Source: Utricularia gibba
Lineage: Eukaryota > Plantae > Magnoliophyta
Direction of reading: 5' to 3'
NCBI GenBank assembly: GCA_002189035.1
Contig: NEEC01000284.1
Location: 1-29,833 of the forward strand
Length of the DNA stretch: 29,833 nucleotides
Position numbers and translations under genes: made by a program
The notes under the pieces: generated by a model
Seen by the model: the letters and a program-made list of their open reading frames with translations, nothing else
Told to the model about the DNA's origin: nothing
The model's database searches: none
Shown here: in pieces, positions 1 to 12,419 of the stretch
Numbering within the stretch: position 1 is the first letter of the stretch
Layout of the letters: every line of letters starts with the position of its first letter

Positions 1-3000
1 GCCCAAAAACGACAAGCTTTTCCTTGAGAAACCATGTAGGCAGCCATTAAAACCAAACGTTAAGAAATGCATCAAGTTTTTTGCCGAGCAACAAATGACT
101 ATGGGCCCGAGCTCGACTCGACCTCCTTCTCGATACCGTTGCCCCACGAGAGCGCCTCCTCAATATAAAGCATGCGGTTGAGAAAACCATTTTGGGTGCT
201 CATGACATCCTAACTTCAATAAGTGCAGCACGATTTTCGTCGAGTAGGACCCGATGTGGCAAAGGAACCTTGGGTCAGAACGAAGTTCACAACGACATCA
301 CCCGCCCAAAAACGACAAGCTTTTCCTTGAGAAACCATGTAGGCAGCCAATTAAAACCCAACGTTAAGAAATGCATCAAGTTTTTTGCCGAGCTACAAAT
401 GACTATGGGCCCGAGCTCGACTCGACCTCCTTCTCGATACCGTTGCCCCACGAGAGCGCCTCCTCAGATATAAAGCATGCGGTTGAGAAAACCATTTTGG
501 GTGCTTATGACATCCTAACTTCAATAAGTGCATCACGATTTTCGTCGAGTAGGACCCGATGTGGCAAAGGAGTCAGACCGAACCTTGGTCAGAACGAAGT
601 TCACAACGACATCACCCGCCCAAAAACGACAAGCTTTTCCTTGAGAAACCATGTAGGCAGCCAATTAAAACCCAACGTTAAGAAATGCATCAAGTTTTTT
701 GCCGAGCACAAATGACTATGGGCCCGAGCTCGACTCGACCTCCTTCTCGATACCGTTGCCCCACGAGAGCGCCTCCTCAGATATAAAGCATGCGGTTGAG
801 AAAACCATTTTGGGTGCTCATGACATCCTAACTTCAATAAGTGCAGCACGATTTTCGTCGAGTAGGACCCGATGTGGCAAAGGAACCTTGGGTCAGAACG
901 AAGTTCACAAACGACATCACCGCCCAAAAACGACAAGCTTTTCCTTGAGAAACCATGTAGGCAGCCAATTAAAACCCAACGTTAAGAAATGCATCAAGTT
1001 TTTTGCCGAGCTACAAATGACTATGGGCCGAGCTCGACTCGACCTCCTTCTCGATACCGTTGCCCCACGAGAGCGCCTCCTCAGATATAAAGCATGCGGT
1101 TGAGAAAACCATTTTGGGTGCTCATGACATCCTAACTTCAATAAGTGCAGCACGATTTTCGTCGAGTAGGACCCGATGTGGCAAAGGAGTCAGACCGAAC
1201 CTTGGGTCAGAACGAAGTTCACAACGACATCACCCCCAAAAACGACAAGCTTTTCCTTGAGAAACCATGTAGGCAGCCAATTAAAACCCAACGTTAAGAA
1301 ATGCATCAAGTTTTTTGCCGAGCTACAAATGACTATGGGCCCGAGCTCGACTCGACCTCCTTCTCGATACCGTTGCCCACGAGAGCGCCTCCTCAGATAT
1401 AAAGCATGCGGTTGAGAAAACCATTTTGGGTGCTCATGACATCCTAACTTCAATAAGTGCAGCACGATTTTCGTCGAGTAGGACCCGATGTGGCAAAGGA
1501 GTCAGACCGAACCTTGGGTCAGAACGAAGTTCACAACGACATCACCCGCCCAAAAACGACAAGCTTTTCCTTGAGAAACCATGTAGGCAGCCAATTAAAA
1601 CCCAACGTTAAGAAATGCATCAAGTTTTTTTGCCGAGCCACAAATGACTATGGGCCCGAGCTCGACTCGACCTCCTTCTCGATACCGTTGCCCCCGAGAG
1701 CGCCTCCTCAGATAAAGCATGCGGTTGAGAAAACCATTTTGGGTGCTCATGACATCCTAACTTCAATAAGTGCAGCACGATTTTCGTCGAGTAGGACCCG
1801 ATGTGGCAAAGGAGTCAGACCCTTGGGTCAGAACGAAGTTCACAACGACATCACCCGCCCAAAAACGACAAGCTTTTCCTTGAGAAACCATGTAGGCAGC
1901 CAATTAAAACCCAACGTTAAGAAATGCATCAAGTTTTTTGCCGAGCTACAAATGACTATGGGCCCGAGCTCGACTCGACCTCCTTCTCGATACCGTTGCC
2001 CCACGAGAGCGCCTCCTCAGATATAAAGCATGCGGTTGAGAAAACCATTTTGGGTGCTCATGACATCCTAACTTCAATAAGTGCAGCACGATTTTCGTCG
2101 AGTAGGACCCGATGTGGCAAAGGAGTCAGACCGAACCTTGGGTCAGAACGAAGTTCACAACGACATCACCCGCCCAAAAACGACAAGCTTTTCCTTGAGA
2201 AACCATGTAGGCAGCCAATTAAAACCCAACGTTAAGAAATGCATCAAGTTTTTTGCCGAGCCACAAATGACTATGGGCCCGAGCTCGACTCGACCTCCTT
2301 CTCGATACCGTTGCCCCACGAGAGCGCTCCTCAGATATAAAGCATGCGGTTGAGAAAACCATTTTGGGTGCTCATGACATCCTAACTTCAATAAGTGCAG
2401 CACGATTTTCGTCGAGTAGGACCCGATGTGGCAAAGGAACCTTGGGTCAGAACGAAGTTCACAACGACATCACCCGCCCAAAAACGACAAGCTTTTCCTT
2501 GAGAAACCATGTAGGCAGCCAATTAAAACCCAACGTTAAGAAATGCATCAAGTTTTTTGCCGAGCTACAAATGACTATGGGCCCGAGCTCGACTCGACCT
2601 CCTTCTCGATACCGTTGCCCCACGAGAGCGCCTCCTCAGATATAAAGCATGCGGTTGAGAAAACCATTTTGGGTGCTTATGACATCCTAACTTCAATAAG
2701 TGCATCACGATTTTCGTCGAGTAGGACCCGATGTGGCAAAGGAGTCAGACCGAACCTTGGGTCAGAACGAAGTTCACAACGACATCACCCGCCCAAAACG
2801 ACAAGCTTTTCCTTGAGAAACCATGTAGGCAGCCAATTAAAACCCAACGTTAAGAAATGCATCAAGTTTTTTGCCGAGCCACAAATGACTATGGGCCCGA
2901 GCTCGACTCGACCTCCTTCTCGATACCGTTGCCCACGAGAGCGCCTCCTCAGATATAAAGCATGCGGTTGAGAAAACCATTTTGGGTGCTCATGACATCC

Positions 3001-6000
3001 TAACTTCAATAAGTGCAGCACGATTTTCGTCGAGTAGGACCCGATGTGGCAAAGGAACCTTGGGTCAGAACGAAGTTCACAACGACATCACCCGCCCAAA
3101 AACGACAAGCTTTTCCTTGAGAAACCATGTAGGCAGCCAATTAAAACCCAACGTTAAGAAATGCATCAAGTTTTTTGCCGAGCTACAAATGACTATGGGC
3201 CCGAGCTCGACTCGACCTCCTTCTCGATACCGTTGCCCCACGAGAGCGCCTCCTCAGATATAAAGCATGCGGTTGAGAAAACCATTTTGGGTGCTCATGA
3301 CATCCTAACTTCAATAAGTGCAGCACGATTTTCGTCGAGTAGGACCCGATGTGGCAAAAGGAACCTTGGGTCAGAACGAAGTTCACAACGACATCACCCG
3401 CCCAAAAACGACAAGCTTTTCCTTGAGAAACCATGTAGGCAGCCAATTAAAACCCAACGTTAAGAAATGCATCAAGTTTTTTGCCGAGCCACAAATGACT
3501 ATGGGCCCGAGCTCGACTCGACCTCCTTCTCGATACCGTTGCCCCACGAGAGCGCCTCCTCAGATATAAAGCATGCGGTTGAGAAAACCATTTTGGGTGC
3601 TCATGACATCCTAACTTCAATAAGTGCAGCACGATTTTCGTCGAGTAGGACCCGATGTGGCAAAGGAGTCAGACCGAACCTTGGGTCAGAACGAAGTTCA
3701 CAACGACATCACCCGCCAAAAACGACAAGCTTTTCCTTGAGAAACCATGTAGGCAGCCAATTAAAACCCAACGTTAAGAAATGCATCAAGTTTTTTGCCG
3801 AGCCACAAATGACTATGGGCCCGAGCTCGACTCGACCTCCTTCTCGATACCGTTGCCCACGAGAGCGCCTCCTCAGATATAAAGCATGCGGTTGAGAAAA
3901 CCATTTTGGGTGCTCATGACATCCTAACTTCAATAAGTGCAGCACGATTTTCGTCGAGTAGGACCCGATGTGGCAAAGGAGTCAGACCGAACCTTGGGTC
4001 AGAACGAAGTTCACAACGACATCACCCGCCCAAAAACGACAAGCTTTTCCTTGAGAAACCATGTAGGCAGCCAATTAAAACCCAACGTTAAGAAATGCAT
4101 CAAGTTTTTTTGCCGAGCTACAAATGACTATGGGCCCGAGCTCGACTCGACCTCCTTCTCGATACCGTTGCCCACGAGAGCGCCTCCTCAGATATAAAGC
4201 ATGCGGTTGAGAAAACCATTTTGGGTGCTTATGACATCCTAACTTCAATAAGTGCATCACGATTTTCGTCGAGTAGGACCCGATGTGGCAAAGGAGTCAG
4301 ACCGAACCTTGGGTCAGAACGAAGTTCACAACGACATCACCCGCCCAAACGACAAGCTTTTCCTTGAGAAACCATGTAGGCAGCCAATTAAAACCCAACG
4401 TTAAGAAATGCATCAAGTTTTTTGCCGAGCCACAAATGACTATGGGCCCGAGCTCGACTCGACCTCCTTCTCGATACCGTTGCCCCACGAGAGCGCCTCC
4501 TCAGATATAAAGCATGCGGTTGAGAAAACCATTTTGGGTGCTCATGACATCCTAACTTCAATAAGTGCAGCACGATTTTCGTCGAGTAGGACCCGATGTG
4601 GCAAAGGAACCTTGGGTCAGAACGAAGTTCACAACGACATCACCCGCCAAAAAACGACAAGCTTTTCCTTGAGAAACCATGTAGGCAGCCAATTAAAACC
4701 CAACGTTAAGAAATGCATCAAGTTTTTTGCCGAGCCACAAATGACTATGGGCCCGAGCTCGACTCGACCTCCTTCTCGATACCGTTGCCCCACGAGAGCG
4801 CCTCCTCATATAAAAGCATGCGGTTGAGAAAACCATTTTGGGTGCTCATGACATCCTAACTTCAATAAGTGCATCACGATTTTCGTCGAGTAGGACCCGA
4901 TGTGTGCAAAGGAACCTTGGGTCAGAACGAAGTTCACAACGACATCACCCGCCCAAAAACGACAAGCTTTTCCTTGAGAAACCATGTAGGCAGCCAATTA
5001 AAACCCAACGTTAAGAAATGCATCAAGTTTTTTGCCGAGCTACAAATGACTATGGGCCCGAGCTCGACTCGACCTCCTTCTCGATACCGTTGCCCCACGA
5101 GAGCGCCTCCTCAGATATAAAGCATGCGGTTGAGAAAACCATTTTGGTGCTCATGACATCCTAACTTCAATAAGTGCAGCACGATTTTCGTCGAGTAGGA
5201 CCCGATGTGGCAAAGGAACCTTGGGTCAGAACGAAGTTCACAACGACATCACCCGCCAAAAACGACAAGCTTTTCCTTGAGAAACCATGTAGGCAGCCAA
5301 TTAAAACCCAACGTTAAGAAATGCATCAAGTTTTTTGCCGAGCCACAAATGACTATGGGCCCGAGCTCGACTCGACCTCCTTCTCGATACCGTTGCCCCA
5401 CGAGAGCGCCTCCTCAGATATAAAGCATGCGGTTGAGAAAACCATTTTGGGTGCTCATGACATCCTAACTTCAATAAGTGCAGCACGATTTTCGTCGAGT
5501 AGGACCCGATGTGGCAAAGGAGTCAGACCGAACCTTGGGTCAGAACGAAGTTCACAACGACATCACCCGCCCAAAAACGACAAGCTTTTCCTTGAGAAAC
5601 CATGTAGGCAGCCAATTAAAACCCAACGTTAAGAAATGCATCAAGTTTTTTGCCGAGCTACAAATGACTATGGGCCCGAGCTCGACTCGACCTCCTTCTC
5701 GATACCGTTGCCCCACGAGAGCGCCTCCTCAGATATAAAGCATGCGGTTGAGAAAACCATTTTGGGTGCTCATGACATCCTAACTTCAATAAGTGCAGCA
5801 CGATTTTCGTCGAGTAGGACCCGATGTGGCAAAGGAACCTTGGGTCAGAACGAAGTTCACAACGACATCACCCGCCCAAAAACGACAAGCTTTTCCTTGA
5901 AAACCATGTAGGCAGCCAATTAAAACCCAACGTTAAGAAATGCATCAAGTTTTTTGCCGAGCTACAAATGACTATGGGCCCGAGCTCGACTCGACCTCCT

Positions 6001-8684
6001 TCTCGATACCGTTGCCCCACGAGAGCGCCTCCTCAGATATAAAGCATGCGGTTGAGAAAACCATTTTGGGTGCTCATGACATCCTAACTTCAATAAGTGC
6101 ATCACGATTTTCGTCGAGTAGGACCCGATGTGGCAAAGGAGTCAGACCGAACCTTGGGTCAGAACGAAGTTCACAACGACATCACCCGCCCAAAAACGAC
6201 AAGCTTTTCCTTGAGAAACCATGTAGGCAGCCAATTAAAACCCAACGTTAAGAAATGCATCAAGTTTTTTGCCGAGCCACAAATGACTATGGGCCCGAGC
6301 TCGACTCGACCCTTCTCGATACCGTTGCCCCACGAGAGCGCCTCCTCAGATATAAAGCATGCGGTTGAGAAAACCATTTTGGGTGCTCATGACATCCTAA
6401 CTTCAATAAGTGCAGCACGATTTTCGTCGAGTAGGACCCGATGTGGCAAAGGAGTCAGACCGAACCTTGGGTCAGAACGAAGTTCACAACGACATCACCC
6501 GCCCAAAAACGACAAGCTTTTCCTTGAGAAACCATGTAGGCAGCCAATTAAAACCCAACGTTAAGAAATGCATCAAGTTTTTTGCCGAGCTACAAATGAC
6601 TATGGGCCCGAGCTCGACTCGACCTCCTTCTCGATACCGTTGCCCCACGAGAGCGCCTCCTCAGATATAAAGCATGCGGTTGAGAAAACCATTTTGGGTG
6701 CTCATGACATCCTAACTTCAATAAGTGCATCACGATTTTCGTCGAGTAGGACCCGATGTGGCAAAAAGGAGTCAGACCGAACCTTGGGTCAGAACGAAGT
6801 TCACAACGACATCACCCGCCCAAAAACGACAAGCTTTTCCTTGAGAAACCATGTAGGCAGCCAATTAAAACCCAACGTTAAGAAATGCATCAAGTTTTTT
6901 GCCGAGCCACAAATGACTATGGGCCCGAGCTCGACTCGACCTCCTTCTCGATACCGTTGCCCCACGAGAGCGCCTCCTCAGATATAAAGCATGCGGTTGA
7001 GAAAACCATTTTGGGTGCTCATGACATCCTAACTTCAATAAGTGCAGCACGATTTTCGTCGAGTAGGACCCGATGTGGCAAAGGAGTCACCTTGGGTCAG
7101 AACGAAGTTCACAACGACATCACCCGCCCAAAAACGACAAGCTTTTCCTTGAGAAACCATGTAGGCAGCCAATTAAAACCCAACGTTAAGAAATGCATCA
7201 AGTTTTTTGCCGAGCTACAAATGACTATGGGCCCGAGCTCGACTCGACCTCCTTCTCGATACCGTTGCCCCACGAGAGCGCCTCCTCAGATATAAAGCAT
7301 GCGGTTGAGAAAACCATTTTGGGTGCTTATGACATCCTAACTTCAATAAGTGCATCACGATTTCGTCGAGTAGGACCCGATGTGGCAAAAGGAGTCAGAC
7401 CGAACCTTGGGTCAGAACGAAGTTCACAACGACATCACCCGCCAAAAAACGACAAGCTTTTCCTTGAGAAACCATGTAGGCAGCCAATTAAAACCCAACG
7501 TTAAGAAATGCATCAAGTTTTTTGCCGAGCTACAAATGACTATGGGCCCGAGCTCGACTCGACCTCCTTCTCGATACCGTTGCCCCACGAGAGCGCCTCT
7601 CAGATATAAAGCATGCGGTTGAGAAAACCATTTTGGGTGCTCATGACATCCTAACTTCAATAAGTGCAGCACGATTTTCGTCGAGTAGGACCCGATGTGG
7701 CAAAGGAACCTTGGGTCAGAACGAAGTTCACAACGACATCACCCGCCCAAAAACGACAAGCTTTTCCTTGAGAAACCATGTAGGCAGCCAATTAAAACCC
7801 AACGTTAAGAAATGCATCAAGTTTTTTGCCGAGCTACAAATGACTATGGGCCCGAGCTCGACTCGACCTCCTTCTCGATACCGTTGCCCCACGAGAGCGC
7901 CTCCTCAGATATAAAGCATGCGGTTGAGAAAACCATTTTGGGTGCTCATGACATCCTAACTTCAATAAGTGCAGCACGATTTTCGTCGAGTAGGACCGAT
8001 GTGGCAAAGGAACCTTGGGTCAGAACGAAGTTCACAACGACATCACCCGCCCAAAAACGACAAGCTTTTCCTTGAGAACCATGTAGGCAGCCAATTAAAA
8101 CCCAACGTTAAGAAATGCATCAAGTTTTTTGCCGAGCCACAAATGACTATGGGCCCGAGCTCGACTCGACCCTTCTCGATACCGTTGCCCCACGAGAGCG
8201 CCTCCTCAATATAAAGCATGCGGTTGAGAAAACCATTTTGGGTGCTCATGACATCCTAACTTCAATAAGTGCAGCACGATTTCGTCGAGTAGGACCCGAT
8301 GTGGCAAAGGAGTCAGACCGAACCTTGGGTCAGAACGAAGTCACAACGACATCACCGCCCAAAAACGACAAGCTTTTCCTTGAGAAACCATGTAGGCAGC
8401 CAATTAAAACCCAACGTTAAGAAATGCATCAAGTTTTTTGCCGAGCTACAAATGACTATGGGCCCGAGCTCGACTCGACCTCCTTCTCGATACCGTTGCC
8501 CCACGAGAGCGCCTCCTCAGATATAAAGCATGCGGTTGAGAAAACCATTTTGGGTGCTCATGACATCCTAACTTCAATAAGTGCATCACGATTTTCGTCG
8601 AGTAGGACCCGATGTGGCAAAGGAGTCAGACCGAACCTTGGGTCAGAACGAAGTTCACAACGACATCACCCGCCCAAAAACGAC

Positions 8685-8989
8685 AAGCTTTTCCTTGAGA
8701 AACCATGTAGGCAGCCAATTAAAACCCAACGTTAAGAAATGCATCAAGTTTTTTGCCGAGCCACAAATGACTATGGGCCCGAGCTCGACTCGACCTCCTT
8801 CTCGATACCGTTGCCCCACGAGAGCGCCTCCTCAGATATAAAGCATGCGGTTGAGAAAACCATTTTGGGTGCTCATGACATCCTAACTTCAATAAGTGCA
8901 GCACGATTTTCGTCGAGTAGGACCCGATGTGGCAAAGGAACCTTGGGTCAGAACGAAGTTCACAACGACATCACCCGCCCAAAAACGAC
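8685..8989 (+). repeat. Representative 305-bp monomer (short form, 10-bp deletion)
   Basis: AAGCTT at 8685 and 8990 are 305 bp apart. The junction reads ggcaaaggaaccttggg at about 8931-8947. Confidence 0.95.
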
Positions 8990-11900
8990 AAGCTTTTCCT
9001 TGAGAAACCATGTAGGCAGCCAATTAAAACCCAACGTTAAGAAATGCATCAAGTTTTTTGCCGAGCTACAAATGACTATGGGCCCGAGCTCGACTCGACC
9101 TCCTTCTCGATACCGTTGCCCCACGAGAGCGCCTCCTCAGATATAAAGCATGCGGTTGAGAAAACCATTTTGGGTGCTCATGACATCCTAACTTCAATAA
9201 GTGCATCACGATTTTCGTCGAGTAGGACCCGATGTGGCAAAAGGAGTCAGACCGAACCTTGGGTCAGAACGAAGTTCACAACGACATCACCCGCCCAAAA
9301 ACGACAAGCTTTTCCTTGAGAAACCATGTAGGCAGCCAATTAAAACCCAACGTTAAGAAATGCATCAAGTTTTTTGCCGAGCCACAAATGACTATGGGCC
9401 CGAGCTCGACTCGACCTCCTTCTCGATACCGTTGCCCCACGAGAGCGCCTCCTCAGATATAAAGCATGCGGTTGAGAAAACCATTTTGGGTGCTCATGAC
9501 ATCCTAACTTCAATAAGTGCAGCACGATTTTCGTCGAGTAGGACCCGATGTGGCAAAGGAACCTTGGGTCAGAACGAAGTTCACAACGACATCACCCGCC
9601 CAAAAACGACAAGCTTTTCCTTGAGAAACCATGTAGGCAGCCAATTAACCCAACGTTAAGAAATGCATCAAGTTTTTTGCCGAGCTACAAATGACTATGG
9701 GCCCGAGCTCGACTCGACCTCCTTCTCGATACCGTTGCCCCACGAGAGCGCCTCCTCAGATATAAAGCATGCGGTTGAGAAAACCATTTTGGGTGCTCAT
9801 GACATCCTAACTTCAATAAGTGCAGCACGATTTTCGTCGAGTAGGACCCGATGTGGCAAAGGAACCTTGGGTCAGAACGAAGTTCACAACGACATCACCC
9901 GCCCAAAAACGACAAGCTTTTCCTTGAGAAACCATGTAGGCAGCCAATTAAAACCCAACGTTAAGAAATGCATCAAGTTTTTGCCGAGCCACAAATGACT
10001 ATGGGCCCGAGCTCGACTCGACCTCCTTCTCGATACCGTTGCCCCACGAGAGCGCCTCAGATATAAAGCATGCGGTTGAGAAAACCATTTTGGGTGCTCA
10101 TGACATCCTAACTTCAATAAGTGCATCACGATTTTCGTCGAGTAGGACCCGATGTGGCAAAGGAGTCAGACCAATTGGGTCAGAACGAAGTTCACAACGA
10201 CATCACCCCCCAAAAACGACAAGCTTTTCCTTGAGAAACCATGTAGGCAGCCAATTAAAACCCAACGTTAAGAAATGCATCAAGTTTTTTGCCGAGCTAC
10301 AAATGACTATGGGCCCGAGCTCGACTCGACCTCCTTCTCGATACCGTTGCCCCACGAGAGCGCCTCTCAGATATAAAGCATGCGGTTGAGAAAACCATTT
10401 TGGGTGCTCATGACATCCTAACTTCAATAAGTGCATCACGATTTTCGTCGAGTAGGACCCGATGTGGCAAAAGGAGTCAGACCGAACCTTGGGTCAGAAC
10501 GAAGTTCACAACGACATCACCCGCCAAAAACGACAAGCTTTTCCTTGAGAAACCATGTAGGCAGCCAATTAAAACCCAACGTTAAGAAATGCATCAAGTT
10601 TTTTGCCGAGCCACAAATGACTATGGGCCCGAGCTCGACTCGACCTCCTGCTCGATACCGTTGCCCCACGAGAGCGCCTTCAGATATAAAGCATGCGGTT
10701 GAGAAAACCATTTTGGTGCTCATGACATCCTAACTTCAATAAGTGCAACGATTTTCGTCGAGTAGGACCCGATGTGGCAAAGGAGTCAGACCGAACCTTG
10801 GGTCAGAACGAAGTTCGACATCACCCGCCAAAAACGACAAGCTTTTCCTTGAGAAACCATGTAGGCAGCCAATTAAAACCCAACGTTAAGAAATGCATCA
10901 AGTTTTTTGCCGAGCTACAAATGACTATGGGCCCGAGCTCGACTCGACCTCCTTCTCGATACCGTTGCCCCACGAGAGCGCCTCCTCAGATATAAAGCAT
11001 GCGGTTGAGAAAACCATTTTGGGTGCTCATGACATCCTAACTTCAATAAGTGCATCACGATTTTCGTCGAGTAGGACCCGATGTGGCAAAGGAGTCAGAC
11101 CGAACTTGGGTCAGAACGAAGTTCACAACGACATCACCCGCCCAAAAACGACAAGCTTTTCCTTGAGAAACCATGTAGGCAGCCAATTAAAACCCAACGT
11201 TAAGAAATGCATCAAGTTTTTTGCCGAGCCACAAATGACTATGGGCCCGAGCTCGACTCGACCTCCTTCTCGATACCGTTGCCCCACGAGAGCGCCTCCT
11301 CAGATATAAAGCATGCGGTTGAGAAAACCATTTTGGGTGCTCATGACATCCTAACTTCAATAAGTGCAGCACGATTTTCGTCGAGTAGGACCCGATGTGG
11401 CAAAGGAGTCAGACCGAACCTTGGGTCAGAACGAAGTTCACAACGACATCACCCGCCCAAAAACGACAAGCTTTTCCTTGAGAAACCATGTAGGCAGCCA
11501 ATTAAAACCCAACGTTAAGAAATGCATCAAGTTTTTTGCCGAGCTACAAATGACTATGGGCCGAGCTCGACTCGACCTCCTTCTCGATACCGTTGCCCCA
11601 CGAGAGCGCCTCCTCAGATATAAAGCATGCGGTTGAGAAAACCATTTTGGGTGCTCATGACATCCTAACTTCAATAAGTGCATCACGATTTTCGTCGAGT
11701 AGGACCCGATGTGGCAAAAGGAGTCAGACCGAACCTTGGGTCAGAACGAAGTTCACAACGACATCACCCGCCCAAAAACGACAAGCTTTTCCTTGAGAAA
11801 CCATGTAGGCAGCCAATTAAAACCCAACGTTAAGAAATGCATCAAGTTTTTTGCCGAGCTACAAATGACTATGGGCCCGAGCTCGACTCGACCTCCTTCT

Positions 11901-12094
11901 CGATACGTTGCCCCACGAGAGCGCCTCCTCATATAAAGCATGCGGTTGAGAAAACCATTTTGGGTGCTCATGACATCCTAACTTCAATAAGTGCAGCACG
12001 ATTTTCGTCGAGTAGGACCCGATGTGGCAAAGGAGTCAGACCGAACCTTGGGTCAGAACGAAGTTCACAACGACATCACCCGCCCAAAAACGAC

Positions 12095-12409
12095 AAGCTT
12101 TTCCTTGAGAAACCATGTAGGCAGCCAATTAAAACCCAACGTTAAGAAATGCATCAAGTTTTTTGCCGAGCTACAAATGACTATGGGCCCGAGCTCGACT
12201 CGACCTCCTTCTCGATACCGTTGCCCCACGAGAGCGCCTCCTCAGATATAAAGCATGCGGTTGAGAAAACCATTTTGGGTGCTCATGACATCCTAACTTC
12301 AATAAGTGCATCACGATTTTCGTCGAGTAGGACCCGATGTGGCAAAGGAGTCAGACCGAACCTTGGGTCAGAACGAAGTTCACAACGACATCACCCGCCC
12401 AAAAACGAC
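12095..12409 (+). repeat. Representative full-length 315-bp monomer (long form)
   Basis: Indel-free copy between consecutive HindIII sites. The consensus has 152/315 G+C (48%) and 19 CpG. It contains ggcaaaggAGTCAGACCGaaccttggg. Confidence 0.97.
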
Positions 12410-12419
12410 AAGCTTTTCC
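12105..12419 (+). repeat. Internal two-subunit structure of the monomer (~157-bp half A 12105-12260, ~158-bp half B 12261-12419)
   Basis: 12105-12170 aligns to 12261-12327 at 48/67 identity with one gap. The remaining ~90 bp align at about 40% without gaps. Successive tgcatca motifs (12465, 12622) are 157 bp apart. Confidence 0.9.

Noticed and set aside
12095-12290. Cluster of palindromic sites (AAGCTT, AACGTT, ATGCAT, GGGCCC, CGAGCTCG, GCATGC, TCATGA) suggesting a polylinker or synthetic construct
   Set aside because: Seven 6-bp palindromes versus about five expected by chance in 315 bp is not a meaningful excess. The diverged internal dimer points to natural origin.
12095-12409. Viroid-like, retrozyme or hammerhead concatemer (315 nt, divisible by 3; CTGAGGA on the minus strand at ~12238-12244)
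   Set aside because: The CUGANGA-like word is not followed by a stem II and a nearby GAAA, the site is altered in the ttatcaa subtype, and no rod-like self-complementarity is evident by eye. An Infernal/Rfam search would be the formal test.
12095-12409. CENP-B box or telomeric repeat motifs
   Set aside because: No TTCG-N4-A-N2-CGGG spacing was found on either strand at the three CCCG sites, and there are no tandem TTTAGGG or TTAGGG units.
12095-12409. Assignment to a named satellite family such as CentO or CentC
   Set aside because: Only the subunit length and short words (ttgggtgc, gtggcaaa) are reminiscent, and their spacing differs from what I recall for those repeats. A database search is needed.
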